DNA of 64,000 nt from Azolla caroliniana (lineage: Eukaryota > Plantae > Polypodiophyta), in the NCBI GenBank assembly GCA_043228905.1, contig JBHGNT010000010.1, forward strand, positions 21,452,001-21,516,000, given 5' to 3'. The notes under the pieces are model-generated. The model ran no database searches. It worked only from the letters and a program-made list of their open reading frames with translations, and was not told the origin of the DNA. The translations under genes were made by a program, and so were the position numbers. Of the stretch, positions 16,272 to 29,197 are shown piece after piece. The first letter of the stretch is position 1. The number at the start of each line of letters is the position of its first letter.

Positions 16272-16982
16272 TTTTACTTATCAATTATCTATTTAATTGA
16301 GACACCTTGTTTCTTATGCAATAATTATTGATTTATTTAAGAGTAACATATTTGAACTAGTGTAACAATTAGGTCCAATTAGGACTCGACAACGGTTTGG
16401 TTCAACTAGAATCAGGCCATTCAACCATTTTAAATTGTTCGGCTCAACTTGGTTTAGACGCGGCGCAAGCTTCCTATTAGTGTTGGTTTGAGGTCAATTC
16501 AATTTAGCTTGAACCTCGCCAAACCTATTTGGGCCAATTAAGCCTTAACAAGTTTAGGGTTTAGTTTGTTTTACTTTTGAAAACTCTTAAACCGGTTAAC
16601 TCAAAACCGAACTCTTAAACCGGTTAACTTTAGTTTGTTTTACTTATCAATTATCTATTTAATTGAGACACCTTGTTTCTTATGCAATAATTATTGATTT
16701 ATTTAAGAGTAACATATTTGAACTAGTGTAACAATTAGGTCCAATTAGGACTCGACAACGGTTTGGTTCAACTAGAATCAGGCCATTCAACCATTTTAAA
16801 TTGTTCGGCTCAACTTGGTTTAGACGCGGCGCAAGCTTCCTATTAGAGTTGGTTTGAGGTCAATTCAATTTAGCTTGAACCTCGCCAAACCTATTTGGGC
16901 CAATTAAGCCTTAACAAGTTTAGGGTTTAGTTTGTTTTACTTTTGAAAACTCTTAAACCGGTTAACTCAAAACCGAACTCTT
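16272..16982. repeat. Near-perfect 366-bp tandem duplication
   Basis: 16272-16616 recurs at 16638-16982. One substitution seen (TAGTGTTGG vs TAGAGTTGG). Confidence 0.92.
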
Positions 16983-17874
16983 GCCAATTCCTAGGTCCAA
17001 CTAAAGGAATTAAGTGATGAGGATACAATGCAAAATCAAACGAGTTCATTTGATAATGCACCCCCATTCATTGTATCATTGTAGTTCTCCAATTTGTTAC
17101 TAATGCACTTACTTGAGTTGAAGACGTGATTCTGCTAACAATGACTGCTATTTAGCAACCATGATCTCAATCACATTTACGAATGTGGCCTCTCCAATTT
17201 TATAGGGTCTTGGACATGTGCATGTTTTGTAACCCAAATGCCATGCATTTTGTCAAAGTTTGCAAAATTGTTAATCTGCAAAAATTTGATCATGTGCATG
17301 CATTTCATTTCATGCTCTTTTGTATATAGACACAAGTAATTATTTGATCTTGGTGCCTTTGTTACCCACAATCATTAGATAATCTATGAACTTTCCCTTA
17401 AACCATGAGACACTTATTGAAGTGTTTGGTTAGTTTTGTGATAGCACATGTTTTGTATATTTATTCCTAACATATCGATCACATTATATTTGTGGATCAA
17501 ATTCTCTCAAACAACCCTAACCCTAACTCCGTGAGGGTACATAATACATATCTCAGCTACAAAGGTGAGGATATATCCATTGGATTATATTTATGGACCA
17601 AATTCTCTTGGGAAACCCTAACCCTAACTCTCGAGGAGGGAGGTACATATCATAGTTGCAAAGGCAGGGAATATCCGCGATTGTGTATGCAAATGGAAAT
17701 GCATCAACTTTTCTTTTTTTCAAACAAAAGATACACCCTAGTATTATAAAATCATAAGCAATACAAAAATTGATGGTTGTTTCGGTGAGAAGAACACCAC
17801 CAAAACAAAGCTAATGCCAACCATAAATTCATCCATCCATTCTTGAGGAGAAAGGGACCTAAAAACATTTTTGA

Positions 17875-17942
17875 TTCATGGATATTTGCAGCCTCCATGC
17901 CGATGAGAGATGGTTGAAATAATACTTTGGACATCAGAATCG
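17875..17942 (-). pseudogene. Actin gene fragment
   Basis: Translates RF*CP(fs)[17 protein letters not shown], which matches actin [23 protein letters not shown]. Contains a stop and a 1-bp deletion. Confidence 0.85.
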
Positions 17943-17949
17943 TTGTACA

Positions 17950-18175
17950 CATGTAGTTATCACTCCATTCCACAATATAACATTTCAGTTTGACAACTTT
18001 CCAAGCTGTTTTTGTGCTTTCAAAGGAGCACCACATTTAACATACATGCTGATCAAAACTGTTGCTATATATGAGATTTTTCCAGCAACCCTTTTTCTCA
18101 CAACATATGCATGTATTCTAGAATCTTCACAAAGATCCTTCCACCAAGCACAAGCTTTGAGAAATGACACAACAT
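17950..18175 (-). pseudogene. PLS-class PPR gene fragment
   Basis: VSFLKACA..KDLCEDSRIHAYVV.....ISYIATVLISMYVKCGA..KAQ resembles consecutive L/S PPR motifs. Confidence 0.75.
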
Positions 18176-18783
18176 TGAAATCTTCTTTTGACATTCTCTT
18201 CTTTTCTCTTTTCAGTGTTGATACCATAATGTTCTTCTTTCCCTGTTTTAAGTTTTTGACCGATTCCCTTGTACTCTCATCATAGCCGATTTGTTGAGCA
18301 TAGTCAGCCGTAGCAGCAACTTTCCAGTGCCATTTCTCATAGTCGATTTAATGTGTATATGCAAGAACAACACATATTTGTACACCATATCTCCAAAAAA
18401 TTTATCGTCTACTCCTCCCAAACTTCAATTGAGCATTCAATGAACCCTATAGCACCCAAAATCTGTAACAACAGAATGTCCATAAACAAAGTTAGTAAAC
18501 ATTGTTTCCCAAAATCACTGGAACAGTATACATCCAAAATATGCGATCTCAATCTTCCCTAAAAATGAGCATAGAGGTTCATATCCTTTTAAAATGCATT
18601 TGCTTCCTGAAAATGGCATCAACATTGACTGTGAAACTTTCATACTGACCACGTATGTATGAACAAGTAACAACCAAAATTCAACAATTATAACAACAAA
18701 TCCTGAGTGACATTATCAAACATTGATGCGCATCGCACTTTCCAAATTACCCACATCAAAATAGATGAAATTGTCTTCCATAT

Positions 18784-20022
18784 TGTGAAATGCACATAAG
18801 AGATCAAAACCAACCTAGTTAGATCCTTACTTCTTACTCAATTTATAGTTTATACAAAGGTACCCATTTGGGTTGACTTAACTAAAAAGGGTATGCTAAA
18901 AGGGTGGGTCGGCTTAGGTACATGCATACTAAAAAGGCTGTGCTAAAAGGGTGGCACAAAGGCACACATGCACACCACATTACCCCCCCTGAGAGAAACG
19001 AGGAGGTTTACAACATGGGGAAAGGATGGGGGTCAGAATATGGGCCTAGGGTGGCATGTTGGCAGGTTCAGAATGGACGTCAATGGACAATTCTGGTGGG
19101 AGGTGAGGATCACACCCATAGAGTGCTCTAAAAGGGTTGATTCGTGCAACAACCTCCTGCTTGAGGGTTTTGTTGAGGTGTTCAGTGCGGCCATTGGTCT
19201 GAGGATGGTATGAGGATGTAAACACCTATTGGACACCTAGTTAAGCTAGAATGACGTTGAGGACATCCCCGTGGAACTGGCGACCCTGATTACATAATAG
19301 TTGGACGGGGCTAGTGACGGAAAACGAGCTAGCAATCGGCGGATAGAGAATCCCTCTTGTGGACTAAGGGTCACCTGGACTTGGCAGAGGTGGGGGACAA
19401 GAGAACTATAGGTGGATAGAGATCAATCGCTCCTGTGGACTGAGGGCCACCTGGACTTGCCTGAGGTGGGGGACAAGAGGGCTATAGGTGGATAGAGATC
19501 AATCGCACCTATGGACCGAGGGCCACCTAGACTTGGCTGAGGTGGGGGACAAGAGGGCTATAGGCGGATAGAGATAAATCACTATTGTGGATTGAGGGCC
19601 ACCTAGACTTGGCTGAGGTGGGGACAAGAGGGCTATAGGCGGATAGAGATCAATCGCTCCTGTGGATTGAGTGCCACCTAGGCTTGGCTGGGGTGGGGGA
19701 TAGGAGGACTATCATGTAGGAAGGGGATCGGAGAAACTTGTGGGACAAAAAATTAGTGGGCAGCCTAAGGTGAGGGGGAAGAGGTGGATACTTGGACGTG
19801 GGGGACTGGTGCCCCGCTTCTCCACCAATATGTGAAATGCACATAAGAGATCAAAACCAACCTAGTTAAATCCTTCTTACTCAATTTATAGTTTATACAA
19901 AGGTACCCATTTGGGTTGGCTTAGCTAAAAAGGGTATGCTAAAAGGGTGGGTCAACTTAGGTACATGCATCCTAAAAACTGTGTGCTAAAAGGGTGGCAC
20001 AAAGGCACACATGCACACCGCA
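18784..20022 (-). mobile_element. Internally deleted (TRIM-sized) Ty3/gypsy LTR element: LTRs 19831-20022 and 18784-18979, 4-bp TSD ATAT
   Basis: TG...CA direct repeats of ~195 bp. PBS TGGTGGAGAAGCGGGGCA (19810-19827, tRNA-Ala-like). PPT AGGGGGGGTAA (18980-18990). Integrase remnant NQGRQF...FTSSYHPQTNGRTEHLNKTLK...PFRALYG at ~19100-19310. Confidence 0.88.
19359..19710. repeat. 76-bp tandem repeat, ~4.6 copies, inside the Gypsy element
   Basis: Unit starts at 19359, 19435, 19511, 19587 and 19662. Confidence 0.9.
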
Positions 20023-21423
20023 ATATAATATCATCCCTAAATTGCAAACTGTCACTTATAAAAGGTTGAACCATTTGTATATGAGGAGGAACTATGTGAA
20101 AAGCTTCCACTATATCCTCCTTTTCATATAACAAGAGTTGACCCTCTAGAATACCCCACCTAACCGCACCCCAAGTGACCACACAATTAGCATGTATCAA
20201 TATCAACAACCTTAATACTCTCTGCCATATTTCCATAATTTTAGGACAAGACCACAATACATGTGATTGGTGTTCTACATACCTTTGAATTCCACGATGT
20301 GCTAAATCCTATCAAGGAATTGCTAGACTTTGGTTGGGTTCTACGATTCCTTGCAAGTTTTATTACTTTCGTAATAGAACTCACATTATCTACTTCAAAG
20401 AGATTGTGCGTTATTAAGTGACCCTCTAGATTACCTCTAATATAATTTTTTATGGTAATTGTGGGAAATGTTGGTTTGCCCAATTGGATTACCTCTAACA
20501 TAAATATTGGTTATTATTTGCCTACGTGGTTTGCCTAATTGGATTGGATTTGGTGATGAGGAAATTATACATGGTAGTCAACAAAATTATTTTCAAGGGT
20601 GAAAAGTTGGAAGTGGTTGGAAGACAAGTCCTGTTGGGCCCAACTCCCATTTGCCAATGACCACAAGACCAACAAGCAAAGCAAAGCACACAACCTTGAT
20701 AGATCTCATACATAGGTTTTTAATTGATTTGACTCTCTTATAGCACACAAATTGGCCTAGGGTTGTCTGATTATAATTATATGATATTTAATTACAATAG
20801 TTGAATATCCTCATCATATTAGATTATCATGAATTGATCAAGCAATTTGCGAAGCTCAACACAATCAATTCCACGTTGACAAAGAGATTATCAACTTATT
20901 ATGATGTTTAGTTACCTAGATGTTCGTTTCCCCTTTTTGACTTTTGGCATTCACATTTAATGTAATTTGAATCTCTTTCTTACAAATGTAAAATTTGGCG
21001 AACCAAACTTGTTCATAGTAAACCGACAATTCATCTAAAGTCTTCCAGTCAAGACTTAGTGCACAAAAGTATGCTTTTTTTGGGTTGGTATCAATGTGTT
21101 CCATGTTTAATATCCTCGAAAACTGGTCATTCTCTCTCGTGTATTCCTTGATCAATATGCAAAGCTCCAGACACTTTTGGATTAGATGACAAAGACATCA
21201 AGTGTTGCTAATTACGATTTACAAACCCATGAGACATTTGCCAATATATTCTACAATTACCTAAGACTTCAATACTTTCCCCTTTGAACTTTTTTTTGCC
21301 ACCCAACAAACAACAAATTAACTAGACACACTTTTTGCTTTGTACATTATCCTATTATTTTGGACAACCAACTAGTTCTTTGCCCTTTTCACCTTTTTTT
21401 CCCTCCAGAGTCCAAACAAAGTA

Positions 21424-21576
21424 AGACTTGTTTTGTATATTATTGAATGGACTGCAAAATTGATAAAAAAAACACATGCAAAACATTCACTAACTTTCCA
21501 AGGCTTGTTTTGTATATTATTACATGGACTACAAAATTGATAAAAAACACATGCAAAACATTCACGAACTTTCCAT
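21424..21576. repeat. ~77-bp tandem duplication
   Basis: CTTGTTTTGTATATTATT...AACTTTCCA occurs twice. Confidence 0.8.
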
Positions 21577-22216
21577 CTAGCCTATGGTTGATAATTTATT
21601 GTGCATGTTTTGATAGTAGATTACATTCTTAATGATAGTGAGGTCTTAATTTATGTTGTGAGCATAGTGGTAGTGACATTGCGAAAACATATAGGGCAGA
21701 GGGCATTGGGCGTCCTAGGTTTAGATATTGCTTGGTGAGTCTCAATGGAAAATTGCATGTCCTCATATGCATGAATTAGAATCGGATGTAGAGGACTATA
21801 CTTGACAAGTTCGAGGTCTTGTCCAATCTTACTTACCAAAACACATTTATTCTTTATAAAATTATACAAGAATGGCACCGAGACTCTGAGCACATTAACA
21901 AGAGTGACAAACAAGTGTCTGGATGTGATCGATGCTTTACTGATCTGTACTTTTGGTAAAGGGTGTCAAGAATACACGAGTGCATGAGGTAATATAATTT
22001 GGTTTTTTTTGGGATCATTCATAGCCTCTGCCTCCAAAGCTTTTACTTTTAACTAAGTGTAAATGCCAATGGCCATGGCCCATGACATTATGTAAAGCCG
22101 AGTCATTCTATGAGCAAGTTTTCACGGCTCTCAAGATGCGTCTGGCTTTTCCTGGGGGATTTGTCCGGACGTCAGATGTGAACGCTAGCACCGTGAGTCA
22201 AATTATCCAGCCATGG

Positions 22217-22253
<37 letters not shown>

Positions 22254-22552
22254 CTCTCTCTCTACACCTGCTCGGTCTATGACTTCCAACCTGGACGTGG
22301 CAGCTTTTTAAAGTCCGCTTCTCTGCAGAGAATCCAGACACGATGTCTGTGTTTAGGGTTCCGTTTTCATACCAACACAGCAGGCATGCGGTGGTTTTGT
22401 ATGGCTTTCTTAACAGCATTAAACGGGCGTAAAGATCGGTTCTTAGCTTCGCCTGTGAATCTCTCAATAAACGAGAACCCCTGATCAGATTCATTGAATC
22501 TCCGCCAGTTTTTTTTTCTTTTTTCTTTTCTGGCTAAGCGAACTACTTCGCC

Positions 22553-25192
22553 ATGTCTGTATCGCATGGGAAGCTTTCTCTTTCTTCACATAAACCTACA
22601 ACCACTTTAAACGTCTTCACTTCTCTCCTCAGATCAAAGTTCTCGACATCCATCACCATCTGCATCGTCTTCCTCCTTGCTTCATTTGTAGCTATCTTTA
22701 TTGGTTTTCAGGTATTCTCGTTAATCAGACCTTCATTTCTTGGTTCATTTTCTTCTTTTATGTCTTCTTCTGCATGAATTTTGTTTTAGTTTGTTTCATG
22801 ACGAATGTGCTATATATACATAAGAGATCTTTGTGTTTGTTTTGAATAAGTATCACCATCAAATGAGATGAGAAACGGATCATTTGCATATTCTTTCCAT
22901 CCATTTAGTTGTTTCTGTTATTATTTAAATTGAGACACTGTGATCCTTGTTCTGGTTTGATAAATGTAGACTTCAGATTCAATGTGAGGCTGATTATCTG
23001 CCAATGGTGAGATGATATGAGATGTTGATTCACGGAATCAAATGAGATGATAGGTTGTTTATCTGCATATTCATTACTTTGATTTAATTGACCGGCCATA
23101 TGAACAGTAACATTGGAATCTTTTGCTGTTTTATAAACGTGGAACATGACAACTTAAATGAGCTGAGATATGTTTTGGTTATTTGCATCCTCGTTCTCTG
23201 ATAATTGAGATAATAAGACATGAGCTGTTGGTTATCTGCATATTCTTATCTGATTATCTGCCAATGGTGAGATGATACGTGATGTTGATTCGCGGAATCA
23301 AATGAGATGATAGGTTGTTTATCTGTATATTCATCACTTTGATTTAATTGACCGACCATATGAACAGTAACATTGGAATCTTTTGCTGTTTTATAAACGT
23401 GGAACTTGACAACTTAAATGAGCTGAGATATGTTTTGGTTATTTGCGTCCTTGTTCTCTGATAATTGAGAAATAGGACATGAGCTGTTGGTTATCTACAT
23501 ATTCTTATCTGATAATCAAGATAAGGTGCAATGTAGATTCTCTATATATTTCTCTTTGTTCTTTTAATTCTTCCCAAATCTAGATTAAAGAGGAACTTTT
23601 TGATGTTTCGATCCATCCACAGGACCTGAATCTTCATATAGTTCCCTGTAAAGCTTTGACAATTTCGATGAGGTGAAAGGCACTGCTGATTATATGCATA
23701 TTCTTCTCTTTGAACTTTGACATAATCGAAATGAGATGATATTTGATTATATGCATGTTATTCTCTGTGAAGTTTGATAAATGAGGGGATGGGATGGTGT
23801 TAGATGAGAGGATGATTGTTTACATGTTCTCTGCAGTTTAATTTCTTCAAGTATCGATTAGAAATTAATTATTAACCCATTCTTTTCTGTATTTTGATGG
23901 CTTTAAGTATATTTTTTTCAAACATGGACTTTTGATAAGATTTGATGAGATCGTCATCATCTGCATATTTTTCGTTTGTGGTGAAGTTTGGAAATTATGA
24001 TCTGATGATTTGAGAAGAGATGTTGATTACTCACACGTTCTTCTCCATGAATTATGCTTGATATATTTGGTGCTTTTCTCTGCGAATTAAGTTCTATAAA
24101 TTTGGTATTGATTCTCAATATGTTCTTCTCTGTTATGATACAGATAGTGTATTCTTGTATACATGAAAATATGGCAGAGATGATGTCTGATCGTTTTCAT
24201 TACCATTTACAACATATAACTACGGATTTTCATTAAACTACTATTTTCATTAAGTGTTTGAATGTTACTTAGCGTTTGCATTGTCCTGAAGTTTGATAAT
24301 ATGAACTTTTTCTGTCTGTTTTTCTTTTTATGTGATAGAATCTTGGTATATTGTTGTACGGAACACTGATTGCCTTGACCAAAATAAGTTTTGTCACAAT
24401 TTATCACGTAGGCTTCAAATAGTCATTCTGACCTACGTTATGAAAATGAGTTGATTATCTGCATATCCTTCTCTGCTGTGATGTATTCACTATGTTTTTT
24501 GTGATGTAAACATACAATTGACTGCAGAAATGTGTGTTTGGTTTTGTTAAGTAGAACTTGACAACGAGATGTTGATTATCTGTGTATTCTTCTTTGTGAT
24601 GCAGTCATGGTATATTGTTGTAAATACAAAAACAATTGCTGGAGATAATTTAAGCCCTACTCCTTGGCACATGTTTCATCTTCCACTGGTGAATACATGG
24701 GACCGAACTGCAAGGTTTCTACCGATAGCAAAGTGCAGCTATTTAAGCTGTTCAATGCGAAATCTGTTGCCTATTCAACAACATTCGGTCCATTCAAACT
24801 CTTCAGGATCTTGTCCTGAATATTTTCAATGGATTTATGAGGATTTAGCTCCTTGGAGAAGAAGTAAGATTACTCGGGAAAATCTGAAGATGGCTCAATC
24901 GCATGCCGCATTTCGAGTTATAATTGTTGGTGGTCGTCTGTACACAGATTTCTACTATGCATGTGTGTTACCGAGAGTCATGTTTACACTTTGGGGCCTC
25001 TTGCAACTATTGGAGAGGTATCCTGGTAGGGTTCCAGATGTAGACTTGATGTTTGACTGTATGGATAGGCCTACAATAAGTAAGCACAACTATAGACATG
25101 ATGGACCATCACCGCCACCACTTTTCAGATATTGCAGCGATACAAGTTCATTTGATATACCCTTTCCTGATTGGTCTTTTTGGGGATGGTAT

Positions 25193-25230
<38 letters not shown>

Positions 25231-27654
25231 CACACACACACACACATTCTCCCTCCCATTAAATTTGTGACCTTCCAAATACTAAATTTGTGATATAATG
25301 AAGAAAAATCCATTGTCTGTGTTCTAAGGTCTGAACAATATAGGTGTCTCAACTTGTTGCCAATTTTGGGTAGATGATCATGGAGATATCAGATGAGCTT
25401 TTTATATGTAATAACTTGATATGACATTAGACATAAGAGGAATATTATGTCTTATGGGTGTCCCAATAGAGATAAGACGGCTGACATGTTATTATTTTAG
25501 CATGAACTACCCTCTGGCAACAGGAATGTTTTGGCATTCATTAGTTACATATTATTAAAAAGATATCCTGTGGGAGGATTGTTGAGTGATACAACAATAT
25601 GAACATATGTAGGCCACAGATTGACATTCCACCCTGGACGGAAGAAGCCAAAAACATTTACATTGGATCCAAAGATATAAAATGGCAGGATAGACGTCCT
25701 ACTGCATATTGGAAAGGGAACCCTGATGTTGGTTCAGATGTTCGTGTCGAGCTTTTGAAGTGTAATATCTCTGATCAACATAATTGGGGAGCTGAAATAT
25801 TTCGACAGGTAAGTGTAATGAGTAAAGGACATGCATTTGTTTTGTAAATATTAACTGAACTTATCATTTCCACAGAATTGGTGGGCTGAAGGAATCGCTG
25901 GTTTCAAGGATTCAAAGGTTTCCCAGCAATGTAAGAACAGGTATGTCAATGTTTTGACATGAATCACTGCATGTTGGCATTCTCTTTGGTTTCTTGCATA
26001 CTAGAAAACTTGCATACATTTCTTAATTTTCATGTGATAATGGGCAAAAAAATACCTTCCCATTTTTTACATTGTATTTGAGAGATCTGTATAGATAATA
26101 AGAGCTGTCACGTGTTAACATTGCCAAGAATCGTAAACTAAAAAGGATTAAATGCTATGGTTTACCATCATGTATTAACATTGTCGAGAATCGTAAACTA
26201 AAATGGATTAACTGCTATGGTTTAATCAAAATTTATTTAATATATTTTGAACATGTTCTGCTGTCTTTTTGATGATATATCTAAATTAAATGCTTGTGAT
26301 TATTATATTTTCCAGATTTAAAATATACACAGAGGGGCATGCTTGGTCTGTGAGCTTTAAGTACATCTTTTCCTGTGATTCACCTGTGTTACTAGCAATT
26401 CCTACATACTATGAGTTTTTTACTCGGGGATTGCTGCCAATGGTGCACTATTGGCCAGTCAGGAAAAATCATTTATGCCCATCCATCAAGTTTGCAGTGG
26501 ATTGGGGCAATAATCATACAGATAAGGTGTGTGCCCCATTTTTGCTTTCTGGTGTTATTGGAAAACTTGCATTAATGCTTAGAAATTGAAATAAACTAAA
26601 GATTAAGATATATGCCCCATTTTTGCTTTCTGATGTTATTGGAAAACTTGCATTAATGCTTAGAAATTGAAATAAACTAAAGATTAAGATATATAAGCTT
26701 AGGATCTTCCAACTGAGGTTTTTACCTAGTGATGGCCAATTGTTGTGCATCAATACACATGTTCCCAAACACATTACGATTTTGTTCATCAATTGGTTGA
26801 GTTACTTAATGGTATTTGCTTCTGATTGTTTATAGTATTGTTTTCTACTTGACTTTATTAAGATAATAAATTTTTAATTAGTGGTCATAAGAATCATTGA
26901 AATAATATTGTGTAGTGATAGACAATTGCTGTGCATATGCATGGGGTCCCAAACACGTTACTTAGGCAAAGATACACTAATGTTATGATGTAATGCTAGA
27001 TCCTCACGACCTTTCCCTGTAAATGTATGAAGCATGTGGACAAAACATTATTGTATGATGCATTTCATAATTTTGGCTCCAACATCATGGATGTAATACT
27101 TATTGATGATTATTAATCAAATCCTAGGATGCTACAGCAGCTAAGTCTTTAAGATTTGATGAACTTATTCCACATGAATAATATAATGGCAGGATCGTAA
27201 CAGATTTGTCCTGGAAAACAAACTCATGTTGCTTGTTTCATCTAGTTAATTTTCGATGGAATTGAACAACAGTAAAATTGTGTATCTTGTATGACAGGCA
27301 AAGCAGATAGGCAAGGCAGGCCAGGAGTTCATGTGGAGAAACCTTACGATGGATTATGTGTATGATTATATGTTCCATTTGCTTAGCGAGTATTCAAAGC
27401 TTCAGGGCTTCAAGCCTGTAGTTCCTTCCAGCGCACAACTTTTGTGTGAAAAATCTTTTTTTTGTTTTGCTGATGATCCAAAGATCAAAGATTTTCTCAG
27501 GAGATCTAAATCAACAGTTTCAAATATGCCACCTTGTATATTCCCGCATTATGATCATCAATATATACAAAATATTGAGCGCCAAAGGGAGCAGAATACA
27601 GAAAAAATTGGGGGATGGGAGGAAAAAGCTTCTGTACAAATAAATGCTCACTGA
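22553..27654 (+). CDS. Glycosyltransferase family 90 (CAP10 / rumi-like O-glucosyltransferase, DUF821), 6 exons (22553-22711, 24605-25188, 25613-25808, 25876-25940, 26316-26526, 27298-27654)
   Basis: N-terminal transmembrane segment, then CPEYFQWIYEDLAPW, LLERYPGRVPDVDLMFDCMDRP, DIPFPDWSFWGW, AYWKGNP, KIYTEGHAWSVSFKYI and MDYVYDYMFHLLSEYSKL. GT-AG introns. Confidence 0.92.
22990..23514. repeat. 260-bp tandem duplication in GT90 intron 1
   Basis: CTGATTATCTGCCAATGG starts at both 22990 and 23250. The copies differ by a few substitutions. Confidence 0.9.
26532..26693. repeat. 81-bp tandem duplication in GT90 intron 5
   Basis: TGCCCCATTTTTGC at 26532 and 26613. Confidence 0.88.
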
Positions 27655-29197
27655 CTCTCCATCCGTTTCATTTTTTACATGAAAGGTATACTGAATTTTT
27701 ACAAAAATAAAACATTGCTTGTATGTTCAAAAGGCAGTAAGTTGCTTGAACCTACAATGTTTTGTTCATGCTTCTTGCACATTTTTGTATACTATCTTTC
27801 ACTTTCATTCACTGCATCACCATTCGTGATTTTTTTTGCCCTATACTCAAGCTAGTGTAGCTATACAATAATCATATCAATCCATGTCTAAATATGGGAT
27901 CATTGTGTGCATTTATTTACATCTCAGAAAATTCAACAATGATTAGAAAGCAGAAACACAAGCTACATATTGTGAGCATTCATTCTAATAAGAGGAATAC
28001 TTCTGCAATATCCAGCAGTGCCAACAAGAAAAATAACATTTCCCCTCCCAGCATTCACTCTCCAACATAAACTACAAAAACGTGCAGGAAAATAAAACAA
28101 TGCCATCCCATTTATTATTTGTGCAGAAGTATTCTAGACAGTTTAATTGAATGACAATTTTTCTCAGATAACAGTTATCCTGCATTGACACTGAAGTATT
28201 CATTCAGGACAAGAGAAAAGGAGGGAATGTTTTGATTATTTCAAAGACTGTTGGTATGTTTTTATGCATTTTTTATAGTAAACTATTTAGACAATAGTTT
28301 AGGAGAAAGGGAGAATGGACAATAAAATAGATTTGTATTCATCCATGAGAGCTGACCTATGGGACCAAATAAACGTGTCTTGGACATGAATCCTTCCCAA
28401 GAAATGGGGGGTTACTATACAGTGAAAATTCGCCAAGTGAAAGTAATGCTCAGATATGCTCAATACCAGGATTGGAGCACTATCTGTTTAGGAAAGGATA
28501 TACTTAATCATGTCTTCTCACATAAAGGAAAATAACAGGTGAATGTAAACTAAAGCTAGATGCATAAGTGAAGATTATGCAATCATCCAAATATTGGTAG
28601 CAAGACAGATCAATTGATTTACTCAGTACCAATTTCTGACAAAATGGCATATAATAATCGATGTGAGCTCAACCTACCAAATAACAATCCCTCTTCATTT
28701 CTTGCACCTTTTTCCCTTTGTGTATCAACCCAATAATTCATATGTATTTTGCACAATGCCTACCAATTGCATCTCTCTTCACTTCTTGCACCCTTTTCTG
28801 TTCCAGTGTATCTACTCAATAATTAGTATGTATTGCAATTTACTTAATTGATCTTTACTAGAAAGCATGGTTTTTATTTTTAGACCAAATGGCACATAAA
28901 TGTATCTCAACTTGATAGTTTGTACCAACTACATTGTCTTCATTTCTTGAGCCTTTTTAATAGCACAGAATTTATTTTCTTCACTTATATTAATCTTTTG
29001 ACATAATACAAGGATCACAGATGTTGAAAGCCTCCTTATGAGGGAATACAATATTGAAATGTACATGCATCATTTGTCATGGAATGGGATTCTATCACAT
29101 GGAAACCATGATTTTGTTAGATGATACTCTGTTATAAATTTCGACATGTCATCATCAGATATGGTGGTCCACCAAGCAGCAGATAGGAATCCCAACT

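Larger units (their letters stand above)
18580..20300 (-). mobile_element. Degenerate LINE ORF2 3' portion, interrupted by an LTR element
   Basis: HVLWSCPKIMEIWQRVLRLL...DDI|IWKTISSILMWVIWKVRCASMF. It is similar to the LINE C-terminus at 48490-49020, and the frame is restored across the insertion when one ATAT TSD copy is removed. Confidence 0.75.
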
